Shown: in pieces, positions 29,197 through 38,646 of the stretch
How positions within the stretch are numbered: the stretch's first letter is position 1
Layout: each line of letters begins with the position of its first letter
Assembly (NCBI GenBank): GCA_029855935.1
Contig: JAGSHN010000031.1
Span: 1 to 64,000, forward strand
Direction of reading: 5' to 3'
From: Candidatus Thorarchaeota archaeon
Lineage (GTDB): Archaea > Asgardarchaeota > Thorarchaeia > Thorarchaeales > Thorarchaeaceae
DNA length: 64,000 bases
Notes under the pieces: model-generated
What the model was told of the DNA's origin: nothing
Seen by the model: only the letters and a program-made list of their open reading frames with translations
Databases searched by the model: none
Program-made: the position numbers and the translations under genes

Positions 29197-29204
29197 TTTA
29201 TATT
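29197..29204 (+). promoter_or_regulatory. TATA box of the structural operon
   Basis: TTTATATT ~30 bp upstream of a 5' hairpin and ~75 bp upstream of ATG 29275. Confidence 0.6.
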
Positions 29205-29274
29205 CTACTGGATATAGAACTGTATACGTCCCTCCTGCGGGAGGGGCGCAGACTCAGCAACAGGTGAACGAGAT

Positions 29275-30246
29275 ATGGGAAAGAAGAAGAAGGCAACGTT
29301 CTCCGGGAGCGTGGCGCAGGGTGCCGGTCTCGCGGCCGGGGTCTGTGCTGTGCTTCTGATCGTCATGGTGGTCCTGCCAATGGTGGGAATCACGCTAATC
29401 ACGCTCTTCTCGGGCTTCGGGACCACGAACACTCAGTCCACGGGCGAGCCGGTCTTCGTGATGGCGTCCCTCAAGGCTAAGGGCGCCAACACGCCGCTCA
29501 ATGGGACTGTGTATCTCAGTTCTGACCTCCAGACGTGGGAGCCTGTCGACGCGAGCGCAGGCAGTCTCACTAGCAGCAACCAGTACGCGATGGGATCGGT
29601 AATCTATCTGTTCGCACCGATAAGCGGCTACTACACTGCGCTGTTCCAGACGACTGTACCACAGGCTGACACGTCTAAGACCACAGTGTCGCTCGGCATA
29701 TTCGAGCTCATTGCGGTCTCGTCCTCAATGACTGTGACCGCGCAGACGAATGCTGGCTCGAACCTTGGGACGACTGCTTCTGCTTGGTTGAACACCACGT
29801 CGGGTACGACAGAGACAGTGCGGGTGATCATCCAGAACAGTGACACGGACAGCGGCTTCGGCGATGACCGCTGGACCGACCAGACAGTCACAATCGGCAC
29901 ATCCGTCACACTCCCAGGCTACAAGAACTATCCTACTGACGGCTACACCTACGTGGGTCCGTTTGCGGTCGTTCAGGTGAACACGTCCAGTGTGGTCGTC
30001 ACGGGCGCGATGTCCTCAATCCACGTCGGCAGCAACTACTACTATTTTGTCGCGCTGAATGTCGCGACTCTCTGGAACGATGCCGATGTAGCCGGTGATG
30101 GCATCCAGGTCTTCAGTGTGGACCTCACTCCGACGGCCGATGCCCAAGTGACTGTCAGCATCTACGACTATGTACGGGCGGACTTCATCCCGACCGTGAG
30201 CCTTGGCTCTGCGGACGCGTCGACCAGCTTCAAGGTGAACGTGTAG
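29275..30246 (+). CDS. Candidate major structural protein: basic N-terminus, TM anchor, beta-rich ectodomain
   Basis: MGKKKK + hydrophobic helix + Ser/Thr-rich beta sequence; first gene behind its own promoter, flanked by hairpins. Confidence 0.6.
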   Translation: MGKKKKATFSGSVAQGAGLAAGVCAVLLIVMVVLPMVGITLITLFSGFGTTNTQSTGEPVFVMASLKAKGANTPLNGTVYLSSDLQTWEPVDASAGSLTSSNQYAMGSVIYLFAPISGYYTALFQTTVPQADTSKTTVSLGIFELIAVSSSMTVTAQTNAGSNLGTTASAWLNTTSGTTETVRVIIQNSDTDSGFGDDRWTDQTVTIGTSVTLPGYKNYPTDGYTYVGPFAVVQVNTSSVVVTGAMSSIHVGSNYYYFVALNVATLWNDADVAGDGIQVFSVDLTPTADAQVTVSIYDYVRADFIPTVSLGSADASTSFKVNV

Positions 30247-30269
30247 GGGCTCCCTGCGGAGCCTCTACA
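30242..30269 (+). terminator. 12-bp stem hairpin over the stop codon of the first structural gene
   Basis: TGTAGGGGCTCC-CTGC-GGAGCCTCTACA (one G-U pair). Confidence 0.55.
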
Positions 30270-30301
30270 TCTGTTCCCATAGTGGGGGTGATAGAGTGAG
30301 G

Positions 30302-30850
30302 ATGAAGAAGAAGACCCGGAATGCGATTCTCGCGGTGGTGGTCCTACCGGTCGTGATTCTGGCGCTGTTCTACGTCAGCACGGCGATGAACGCAGAGATG
30401 GCGTCGATGCAGCTCCAATATTACAACGATGGACAGCCGGTGTCCACGCCCTTCCAGTTGATCAACGAGGGCGGGCAGGAGATAGACTCCGTCGCCGTGA
30501 CAGTCACGTGGTCTATCTCTGGCGACAACGTGGACTGGACGACCTTGCAGCTCACCGGCGCGGTCATAGTCTACATCTCCGGCGGTGGGGAGCAGGACTC
30601 GCAGCTGACACGTCAGGACTTCACAAGTTCCGATCAGCAGGGGTCGAAGACCCTGACCTTCGCGCTGGAGACACTGTTCGCGCACTACAGCAGCGGCGAC
30701 TACACGCTCCGCTTTCACGGCCTGCTGACGGTGTCGGCGAAGGACCTCGCAGGGAACGACATCAGCGACAGTTGGAACGGCGACAGGACTATCAGCGTCA
30801 GCTGGGACGATGGCTCAGGCTCCCTCACGCTGACAGCAGAGATCTCGTAG
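30302..30850 (+). CDS. N-terminally anchored beta-sandwich structural protein
   Basis: MKKKTRN + TM helix + alternating beta-strand pattern. Confidence 0.65.
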   Translation: MKKKTRNAILAVVVLPVVILALFYVSTAMNAEMASMQLQYYNDGQPVSTPFQLINEGGQEIDSVAVTVTWSISGDNVDWTTLQLTGAVIVYISGGGEQDSQLTRQDFTSSDQQGSKTLTFALETLFAHYSSGDYTLRFHGLLTVSAKDLAGNDISDSWNGDRTISVSWDDGSGSLTLTAEIS

Positions 30851-30861
30851 GAGGGAGCGGA

Positions 30862-31524
30862 GTGCGCAGGCGGGGCTGGCTGGGCGACAGCAGTGCCTTC
30901 AATCTGGAGGTCAGCAACTTCGACCTGCTGCTCACTGTGCTCGCCCTGTTGAGCAGCTTTCTGGTCATCACAAACTTTCAGCAGGATCTTGAGCGGGCAC
31001 TGATTGCCATCGCCTTCAGCGTCTTCTGCATCGCAGGACTGACGCTTGGTCTGGCGAGCTTCGGCGTGCAGCGGGACAAGAATGTGTCCACGGGGGAACT
31101 GCTGGAGAGAGTGAACTGGGGCATTGTGGGGTTCATTGCGATTGCGATGCTTCAGCTGGCGGTGAACAGTCTCGACTTCTTCAGCGCCATCGAGTTCTAT
31201 GACGTCCTATTCCTGTTCATCGCAGCCGTGGCGGAGACATGGCTGTTCCAGTACTTCCTGCTCGTGCTCCTGTACCGGCTCAGCCCGCCCGGTCCAGTAG
31301 GTCTGAGGATGATGATTGTGGCGACACTCGATGCTGCGATATTCGCCAGTTACCATGCCGTCGTCTATGCTGCACGGCCGGACGCAATCTTGGTCGTGTT
31401 CTTAGGCGGCATCGTCCTCGCAATGGTGAACCTCGTCACAAGGAGCGTTCTTCCAGCCATGCTCGCGCACATAATGAACAATGTGCCCATTCTGGCCCTG
31501 CTTCTCGCACTGCTACCGCCGTAG
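30862..31524 (+). CDS. CPBP (CAAX protease II/Abi) family intramembrane metalloprotease
   Basis: Multi-TM; AETWLFQ (degenerate EExxxR), FASYH (FxxxH) and AHIMNN (HxxxN). Confidence 0.78.
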   Translation: MRRRGWLGDSSAFNLEVSNFDLLLTVLALLSSFLVITNFQQDLERALIAIAFSVFCIAGLTLGLASFGVQRDKNVSTGELLERVNWGIVGFIAIAMLQLAVNSLDFFSAIEFYDVLFLFIAAVAETWLFQYFLLVLLYRLSPPGPVGLRMMIVATLDAAIFASYHAVVYAARPDAILVVFLGGIVLAMVNLVTRSVLPAMLAHIMNNVPILALLLALLPP

Positions 31525-31535
31525 GAGGGATTCGA

Positions 31536-32513
31536 ATGAAGAGACAGAGAAGGAGACAACTGGCGCTCGGGGTCCTGCTCCTGACGGCACTCGTGGTGGG
31601 CGTCTATGCGACGACTCGGTTCAGCACCTTCAGCACCAGCGGGTTGCAGGGTGTCAGGGCCACGTGGCAGCGACTGGAGTGGAACGGCGAGTCCTATCCA
31701 TTGTCCGACCCAACGCACGCAGTGATTGACCTCACGGACGAGGGTGTGCCAGCGCCCTTCCTTGCCGACTGGACACGGTACCAGTTGGAGACCGACCAGC
31801 CAAAATACGAGGAGGTGCTTCGCTCCGAGACTGCGTGGTTCAACACGAGTGACGAGGCCCGGTGGCAGGAGGTCCGGCTGGAGCGCTGGACCCTCAGTGT
31901 GGACCTCTACGCTCTCAGCGCTGGAGGCGCATATTCTCCAGCAGGAGTGAAGTTCATTCTCAGGCTGGAGACCAACCCGGACGCGATTTTCGTCGATGCC
32001 AACAGAACGACCTCTTATGTGGTCCACGCCTACGTTCAGGAATATCAGCAGCTGGGGACTCAGACCGAACTCGTCCTCCCCTCACAGGGAGCCTTCACTC
32101 TATACTTTCCTGAGGGCGGAGGCTCGCCGGACATCCCTGAGAACACCTTTGTGGACCCTGATGCCCTCGGCCAGTACGCTGTGGTCGAGATTCAGTTTGA
32201 GACCTCGGACTTTGGGCCGGTCGGATCCCTGTGGTGGTGGACGGATGCCCACGTGCATTATGTCATTGCGCTCGACGTTGTCGTGATAGGGCAGTGGATA
32301 TGGCCACTGGACGAGGCACTGGGTGGCGAGAACAGGGCTGGTGGCGGGACGAAAGTGTCGCCCTGGGACGCCGCAGCACGGGCGCTGGGCGATGCATTCT
32401 CAGCGCTCGGCGACTGGCTGAACCAGTTCTGGTGGGTCATCCCCATCGTGATCATCAGCGTTGCCACCCTTGTGCTTCTTGTCCTGTTGAGAGGAATCGT
32501 GCCGAGGAGGTAA
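31536..32513 (+). CDS. Structural protein anchored at both termini
   Basis: MKRQRRRQ + TM, beta-rich core, Gly linker, amphipathic helix, C-terminal TM FWWVIPIVIISVATLVLLVLL. Confidence 0.7.
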   Translation: MKRQRRRQLALGVLLLTALVVGVYATTRFSTFSTSGLQGVRATWQRLEWNGESYPLSDPTHAVIDLTDEGVPAPFLADWTRYQLETDQPKYEEVLRSETAWFNTSDEARWQEVRLERWTLSVDLYALSAGGAYSPAGVKFILRLETNPDAIFVDANRTTSYVVHAYVQEYQQLGTQTELVLPSQGAFTLYFPEGGGSPDIPENTFVDPDALGQYAVVEIQFETSDFGPVGSLWWWTDAHVHYVIALDVVVIGQWIWPLDEALGGENRAGGGTKVSPWDAAARALGDAFSALGDWLNQFWWVIPIVIISVATLVLLVLLRGIVPRR

Positions 32514-32520
32514 TAGCATC

Positions 32521-32721
32521 GTGGAGTGGGGGCTGGTCTTTATCGTGCTGGCAGCAGCAATAGGAGTGGCAGGCTCGCTACTAGTTGAGGATATGCTGGT
32601 GGCGGTCTATCACCACTGGGTCAAGAAACGCCAGCAGGAGAAGATCCCAGTACGTCGCTGGGTCGTCAGGGACTATGGCGACAGGATGGTCATTCTATGC
32701 AGGGGGTGGAAGAGGGAGTGA
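32521..32721 (+). CDS. Small single-TM protein
   Basis: N-terminal TM and basic tail; GTGA overlap with the next gene. Confidence 0.55.
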   Translation: MEWGLVFIVLAAAIGVAGSLLVEDMLVAVYHHWVKKRQQEKIPVRRWVVRDYGDRMVILCRGWKRE

Positions 32722-35700
32722 GAGGTCGCGCTGTGGTCCTGCTCTTTGTACTGATGATTATGCTACCAGCCCTCGGGCCGATGGTGCCCTCACTGGTTGT
32801 TCCCCCCTCCCACCAGACTACTTCTGGCCCGAGGGCTGACCCCTCACAGAACTTCAGCACGAGCGCGGACGGGGACGTGTCGCCCGACTCCATCACCAGT
32901 TTCAGCGAGACTCTCCCGGATGATGTCATGTTCTATCCCGATAACGAGTCCTATGGGAGCGGGTACGTCGAATCGTTCGCCGACGTCACTGACTGGTACA
33001 CAAATGCTTGGGAGAGCGAAGACTCCTACTCAACGGATGGAGATATTCTGTCGCTGGAGTCGTACGGAAACGCGAACAATGACGTTGACAAACTCTTGAG
33101 CGACTCAATCTCAATCTCAATGTACAACTACTTTGAATTCAGATACCGAATGAATGTGAGTACTGGGGGCGCAGATGGTGTCTGGATTGCCTTCTACGAT
33201 GCGGCAGGCGCCTTGATTCGCTACTGGTCCACGGATTCATTGACGGCCAATAAGTGGGTCACGGTGAAGCGTTGGATACCCACGTTGTCTGCGGGCAGCA
33301 GTTCGTCAACGACCATTGAGAAGGTGGGGCTCTATACGAGAACGGATGTCGGAGAGCACGCGAGGCTTGACGTTGACTACGTGCGTGTTGCCTCTGGTGA
33401 TCAAATGGGCTGGCAATATGACGGTTCTACTCTCTGTGGTGTAGAACCCGCGTCGTTGGCGAACTGGCAATCTACTACTGAGATATTAAGTGGGGACCAG
33501 TTTCGGGTCACAGCGAAGAAGATTGCCGCAGGTAACTCCTATTTCTACGTCAAGTTCTACACAGACACGACAAGCACGATTGCTGAGGTCGATGAGGACT
33601 ACTATCCCTTTTTCAAGATTAGATGGGCTGGCGATAATCTCAATGACACTAGCTGCTGGATGTATCTGTATGTGTACGGACAGGACAAGAACCCCACGTG
33701 GACGGAAATGATGACCGCGGGGCTGGTCCATAGTGTCGACTTCAATGAGACCGTTGTCATGAATGTCGACGCAATCGCAAGCGAGCCCAACTCTCGTGAC
33801 TACATCGCAACAATCTATGTATACCTTGATGATAATCGCATCAATTCAGTCGTACAGATTACTGTAGACTACATGAAGATGTACTCCATTGCGGAGTTCT
33901 CCATCTCGCAGAACTACGTTGAGGTCGATGATATTGCGTATGTACAGAACGGTCTGCTGTACACGGAGCTGGACGGGTATCCTGAATCAATCATATTCAA
34001 CCACGACCCAGCAGTTTCAATATCCCCGACTTATAACGTTGTGAACTTGACGCTTGCCGACTCCGACCCGACGAGCAGTCCCTACGACTACGGGGTAAGG
34101 GTCTATCAGACCACTTCTACGTACTTGACAAAGTACGAGGAAACGAGATTCGATTGGACGAGTTCACTGACAGAGGTGACCGATTTCTTCATAGAGTCCT
34201 ACTATACGAACATCATCAGCGCAATCAAGTTCTGGCAGGACTCCGCTGCGCCGGAGATAATAGCTGTATGGAACACGCCCTCCGAGCCAGACAATGCCAC
34301 AAGTGTTCGGTTCTCCGTGACAGCCTATGATCTGATGGGAGTCTACTCGGTCTCGCTAGTGTCCCTGATGCAGCCGGCCGGATCCTCCATCTCCGCCATA
34401 ACTCTATCGCGCTATGCTCTGGGCGCAGGATCTGAGCTCTGGACCGCGAACGAAACACTGTCGGTGCCGGGCGAGTACGTGTTCGAGGTCCGCGTCTCGG
34501 ACGGAGCGAATGTCGCCTACGAGACACTCTCTCTGGTGGTGGACCAGTACGAACCCGCTACGCTCGTGGTCAGCGACAGCGTCTTCTCGTACAACAACGA
34601 GACCAACGTCCTATCGGGTGATGTGTCCATTCCCTGCTCCTATTCTGTGTACGAGAACGACAGCCTTACGGCGTCCGGATCGCTGTCCGCAGGCTCCTAC
34701 AGCATCGAGTGGCCTCACTCGACCACCCCTGGTAATTACTTCTGGGCTGTCAAGTTTGAAAATGGAGGCCACACGATGTGGAGGAATGGGACGTACCACA
34801 TCGATGGCCAGATTCATGACGGTGATCTGTACTACGCTCTCCTATACTCCTACCCTCTGGAGGTGACCGACATGTCACACTTCTGCGCCAGACCAGAATA
34901 CAGCGGGTACATGTTCTTCCTGCTATGGGGCGACCTCGACAACGTCACCACTTCCATCACAATGGAGCCCTATGTGTACGAAGGAGCCATGACCGGATTC
35001 TACTGCGAGGTCTACGGAGTCTGGTCGCTCCTCATCCCAATTGACGATGCCACGATACATCAGTTTGCGAGTTCTAACGTTGGAAACGTGTTCAGTAATT
35101 TCACTATGAAGTACAACGGTCGAGTCGTGACACCTGCAATAACGACCTTCGGCGGGGGATGGGATCACTACACGTACGAATTTTTCAACACCGGAAGCGG
35201 ACAGACTGGAGTCATCTATCTCAGTGACTACTTTCTTGCACCAAAGACGTTTCAGTACTTTGTCCTCGATAATGGAACCTTCGTGGACTCGAACACTATA
35301 GACTATGACATCGCGGTGTATCATAATTATGAACTATCTCCGTACATAGGTGGCTGGGGGCGCTTCCTGTTCCGCGTTCGCGTCAACAACCAATTTGCGG
35401 GCTGGGGTGTAGGAGTCACTTGGACGGATCAGGACTACAACGACGGACGTCAGTATCTGGAGGTCGACCTCTACGGCCTCAACACCGATTTTCTCGACAC
35501 TACCTGTTCCATCCAACTCGATCTTGTCTGGGGGATAGCATTCCTGGCAAACGAGACCTTCTCCTTCGATGAAGACGGGATAGCGACGGCACTCACCTCT
35601 CTCTACACCCAACCGCTTCTCTACGTTCCCGGAAGGCTCCAGATTGAGAACCGGCTTGCACTTGTGGCGGAGCGGTACGTCACCTTCTCCGGCACGACGA

Positions 35701-36146
35701 ACCTCCCCTGTAATGTCACGGTTACGGAGAACGGCACCGTCGTTGCGACTGCTGAGATCTCGCAGGCGGGAGAGTTCTCCCTGCTGTGGAATAGAAGTGT
35801 CGGGAACGGCGACATCATCGCAACCCTTCACTTCTACACCTCGACCAGTGACGTCTACATCAACGTCACCTATGCCATGCTCCGCGAGATTGAGTACGTG
35901 GACTACGACCAGATCTGGAAGATAGTCCAGAGCGAGGCGGACAGGATAATACGACAGAGTCCAGCGGGAGCCAGCCCAGAGGCTGTGCAGAATATAGTCT
36001 CCAATGCAGTCGTGCCAATCTGGGCATTCATAGTTGTCTTCGGCGTGTTCGGTCTTCTCCTCCTGTGGAGGTTCACGGACTCGATTGCGGAACGGGTCGC
36101 CAAGATGATGAGAAGGAGCGCGGGACTCAGGAGGTCGAGAGGATGA
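32718..36146 (+). CDS. Large spike/adhesin-like glycoprotein
   Basis: Signal-like N-terminus, many N-x-S/T sequons, repeated beta-sandwich modules, C-terminal TM plus basic tail. Confidence 0.75.
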   Translation: MRGRAVVLLFVLMIMLPALGPMVPSLVVPPSHQTTSGPRADPSQNFSTSADGDVSPDSITSFSETLPDDVMFYPDNESYGSGYVESFADVTDWYTNAWESEDSYSTDGDILSLESYGNANNDVDKLLSDSISISMYNYFEFRYRMNVSTGGADGVWIAFYDAAGALIRYWSTDSLTANKWVTVKRWIPTLSAGSSSSTTIEKVGLYTRTDVGEHARLDVDYVRVASGDQMGWQYDGSTLCGVEPASLANWQSTTEILSGDQFRVTAKKIAAGNSYFYVKFYTDTTSTIAEVDEDYYPFFKIRWAGDNLNDTSCWMYLYVYGQDKNPTWTEMMTAGLVHSVDFNETVVMNVDAIASEPNSRDYIATIYVYLDDNRINSVVQITVDYMKMYSIAEFSISQNYVEVDDIAYVQNGLLYTELDGYPESIIFNHDPAVSISPTYNVVNLTLADSDPTSSPYDYGVRVYQTTSTYLTKYEETRFDWTSSLTEVTDFFIESYYTNIISAIKFWQDSAAPEIIAVWNTPSEPDNATSVRFSVTAYDLMGVYSVSLVSLMQPAGSSISAITLSRYALGAGSELWTANETLSVPGEYVFEVRVSDGANVAYETLSLVVDQYEPATLVVSDSVFSYNNETNVLSGDVSIPCSYSVYENDSLTASGSLSAGSYSIEWPHSTTPGNYFWAVKFENGGHTMWRNGTYHIDGQIHDGDLYYALLYSYPLEVTDMSHFCARPEYSGYMFFLLWGDLDNVTTSITMEPYVYEGAMTGFYCEVYGVWSLLIPIDDATIHQFASSNVGNVFSNFTMKYNGRVVTPAITTFGGGWDHYTYEFFNTGSGQTGVIYLSDYFLAPKTFQYFVLDNGTFVDSNTIDYDIAVYHNYELSPYIGGWGRFLFRVRVNNQFAGWGVGVTWTDQDYNDGRQYLEVDLYGLNTDFLDTTCSIQLDLVWGIAFLANETFSFDEDGIATALTSLYTQPLLYVPGRLQIENRLALVAERYVTFSGTTNLPCNVTVTENGTVVATAEISQAGEFSLLWNRSVGNGDIIATLHFYTSTSDVYINVTYAMLREIEYVDYDQIWKIVQSEADRIIRQSPAGASPEAVQNIVSNAVVPIWAFIVVFGVFGLLLLWRFTDSIAERVAKMMRRSAGLRRSRG

Positions 36147-36355
36147 GAGTGAAGGAGACCATAGCGCGAAAGTCAACCTACACGATGATCTTGGCAGTGA
36201 GTTTCTTCATTGCTGTGCTATTGTTCAGCGACTGGTTCGGCGTGACATTCGTGGGCGGGATAGGTGAGCTCTTCCGGCTGTTTCTGCTGTTCCTGCTGCT
36301 CACCAGCCTGTCCAGCGTTCTCACGTGGGCGATGTTCAGGGGGTCGACTGAGTGA
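36143..36355 (+). CDS. Small two-TM protein
   Basis: ATGA overlap; two hydrophobic helices separated by GVTFVGGIGE. Confidence 0.65.
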   Translation: MRVKETIARKSTYTMILAVSFFIAVLLFSDWFGVTFVGGIGELFRLFLLFLLLTSLSSVLTWAMFRGSTE

Positions 36356-36696
36356 TGCTAGTCCTCCTCGTTCTCAGTCCGTTCATTCCGTTGTTCGCCC
36401 TCATGGTACACGAGGGCGCCCACGCATTGATGGCCCGCTGTAGACGGGTCCACTACGTATGGTTCTGGGACGGCAGGCACATAGGTCTGGACCTCGACGA
36501 GCACGCTCCAAGGACAGCGCTGAGGTCAATTGCAGCAGCGGGACCCATTGCCGAGCTAGTGGCGCTACTCTGTTGGCTAGTAGTTCTTGTCGTCCAAGAA
36601 GTGATCATCTGGCCCATGTTCATCCCTCAGATTGCCTATGCCATCTGGTATGGGAACGAAGAGATTAGACGTGTAGAAGCGGAGGTTGAAGAATGA
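36352..36696 (+). CDS. Minimal M50/site-2-protease-like membrane zinc peptidase
   Basis: TM-embedded VHEGAH followed by IAAAGP, typical of M50-like peptidases. Confidence 0.65.
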   Translation: MMLVLLVLSPFIPLFALMVHEGAHALMARCRRVHYVWFWDGRHIGLDLDEHAPRTALRSIAAAGPIAELVALLCWLVVLVVQEVIIWPMFIPQIAYAIWYGNEEIRRVEAEVEE

Positions 36697-36724
36697 ATCA
36701 GGCACTCAAGCTGAACCTGTTCAT
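36688..36724 (+). repeat. 37-bp exact direct repeat, copy 1 (start of paralogous gene)
   Basis: GAAGAATGAATCAGGCACTCAAGCTGAACCTGTTCAT, also at 41577-41613. Confidence 0.9.
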
Positions 36725-37712
36725 AGTGTTCTTGGAGGTCGCGGTGGTGGTCGGACCTCTGCTGCTAATCAGACAAGCGGAGGCGGTCGGTGCTGCGAAC
36801 CCCTTCACGAACACGACGATATTTATCGCAGTTGCTGCCGTCGTGGCCTTCGTGGGCCAGCAGATCGTGAAGTACAGCGTGGAGAGGGAGCTCGGTGCAA
36901 ACCGCGTTCTCGACCTCGTCGTGCGCGGGAAGGGTGCCAGGGCCGAGGAGAAGAACGAGGTAGAGCACAGATACATAGTCTCCGAGACCTACCCTCTGTA
37001 CGACTCATCGCTGGACGACCTGCTGAAAGGCGAGCAGGCGCAGATCTACGCGACCGTGCGCGAGTACTGGGACCGCGTCACCAGTCGTGAGCGTGAGGGA
37101 AACACGCACATCGAGTTGGTGAACACAGATGAGGGCTGGAAGCTCTTCCTCATGCCAGCCCCCTTCGAGGTCACGTTCTCATTCTCGGAGCGCTTCATCG
37201 AGGGTGGCCTCTGGGGCAAGAAGATGCTCGCGAGCTCCGGCTCCGCACTGAGCCTTGGTGAGATGTCGCAGCAGGTGGAGTTCGACACGCGCAAGATAGA
37301 GAACTGTGAGGTGCTCATCATAGTCGATTCCAACTATCTTGCGGCGGCGCTTGAGGCGAGAATCTTACTCGACCCGGATTTGAACATCGACGAGATTGCG
37401 CAGGCCATCCAGCGCCACGTCCAGTTTCAAAATGTGCAGCTCGCTATGGACCTCACGGCGGCAACAGAAGAGAACAAGGTCCTCTGGGAGAAGTATCTGG
37501 CTCAGGATTACGACGTCGACCGACGTGCAGCCAAGAAAGCGAGATTGATGACCGTGAAGTATCTGGAGGGCGAGGAGGATGCGATCCCGAAGGAGTCCCG
37601 CGTCAGCCTGTCGTCACTGAAGTGGTGGCACTGGCTTCTGGTGATCCTGCTCATCGTCGGAGGAGTACTACTATTGCGGATGTTGCTGGTACCAGCGCCT
37701 GCAGGAGGATGA
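36693..37712 (+). CDS. Membrane protein (2 N-terminal TM, cytoplasmic domain, coiled coil, C-terminal TM)
   Basis: Hydrophobicity pattern; paralog of 41582-42181. Confidence 0.75.
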   Translation: MNQALKLNLFIVFLEVAVVVGPLLLIRQAEAVGAANPFTNTTIFIAVAAVVAFVGQQIVKYSVERELGANRVLDLVVRGKGARAEEKNEVEHRYIVSETYPLYDSSLDDLLKGEQAQIYATVREYWDRVTSREREGNTHIELVNTDEGWKLFLMPAPFEVTFSFSERFIEGGLWGKKMLASSGSALSLGEMSQQVEFDTRKIENCEVLIIVDSNYLAAALEARILLDPDLNIDEIAQAIQRHVQFQNVQLAMDLTAATEENKVLWEKYLAQDYDVDRRAAKKARLMTVKYLEGEEDAIPKESRVSLSSLKWWHWLLVILLIVGGVLLLRMLLVPAPAGG

Positions 37713-37715
37713 GAT

Positions 37716-38192
37716 ATGGCATCTAGAATGAGGGAGATCCGCGAGTGGATAGAGTTCGCAGAGGACCGCGCGGCTGCAAAAGAAGAAGCGAAGAAGGCCG
37801 CAAGCGCAGATATAGACCCCAAGAAACATGGCCTGTTCGCGGGGAGCCGGCCGAAGTCAAGGCTGGTCCGTGGTATCAACAGGCTCCGGCTTGTGCAGTC
37901 GTTCTCAGAGATTGGCAAGGACAAGATTGTGGAGGACGAGCAGCTCCTGCCGAGGCTTCTCGCAGAGAATCTCGAGCAGAATCTCGACTACTATGTCCTG
38001 CTACCGCGCCCCGCGCTGGTCGAGGCGCGTGAGCACGGTCAGGAAGTCGTCCCTATCAGTCCTGCGGAGCTCGACGAGGAGACGCGGAGATTGCTGGAGA
38101 TGACCGAGATCCCTGCTCAGGAGCAGGGTAACGAAGAGTCTAAGAGTGAAGATGAGCATGTAGAGGGTGATAGGAACGATGAGAATGAATGA
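37716..38192 (+). CDS. Hypothetical protein with acidic C-terminus
   Basis: In operon; coding-like. Confidence 0.65.
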   Translation: MASRMREIREWIEFAEDRAAAKEEAKKAASADIDPKKHGLFAGSRPKSRLVRGINRLRLVQSFSEIGKDKIVEDEQLLPRLLAENLEQNLDYYVLLPRPALVEAREHGQEVVPISPAELDEETRRLLEMTEIPAQEQGNEESKSEDEHVEGDRNDENE

Positions 38193-38451
38193 AGAGAAGC
38201 TGGGACTGACCGCGAACATCATTCAGGTCTTTGGACTCGGGCTGGCATTGATGGTGGCCTTCCAACTGATGAACATCGTGGACCAAATGCTCTACTGGCT
38301 GTCAGTGACTGCACTCGCGAGTGCCTTTCTCGCTGGCGTCGTCTTATCCAACAGAGAGTCAAAGCTCACTCATGCCCTCTGGCTGATGGCTCTGTCATTC
38401 ACTCTCATTGTCGTTGGCTATGCCATAGTCGTCATTGGGGTGAGAACATGA
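38179..38451 (+). CDS. Small three-TM protein
   Basis: Three hydrophobic segments; ATGA overlap with the next gene. Confidence 0.65.
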   Translation: MRMNEEKLGLTANIIQVFGLGLALMVAFQLMNIVDQMLYWLSVTALASAFLAGVVLSNRESKLTHALWLMALSFTLIVVGYAIVVIGVRT

Positions 38452-38633
38452 AGAGGCAGACTCTGGAGGATATTCAACTTGTGATGTTGGGAGCCGGCGT
38501 GTTTGTTCTCATGTACCTCATTGGGAAAATGGTGGCTAACACGGACATTCTGGCCCCCGGTAACGAGTTCTATCTGATAGCTGTGTTGATAGGTGCTGCA
38601 GCACCATTCTATGTCCTTCTATTCGACAGATGA
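38448..38633 (+). CDS. Small two-TM protein
   Basis: Two hydrophobic helices. Confidence 0.6.
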   Translation: MKRQTLEDIQLVMLGAGVFVLMYLIGKMVANTDILAPGNEFYLIAVLIGAAAPFYVLLFDR

Positions 38634-38646
38634 GGACTGACCATGC

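Noticed and set aside
30508-31535. Long N-terminal extensions of ORFs 30508 and 31239
   Set aside because: They overlap the preceding genes out of frame; RBS-linked starts at 30862 and 31536 are more plausible.
36143-38633. Small two-TM proteins as spindle-virus major capsid protein
   Set aside because: Size and hydrophobicity fit, but I see no specific sequence signature, so they are left unassigned.
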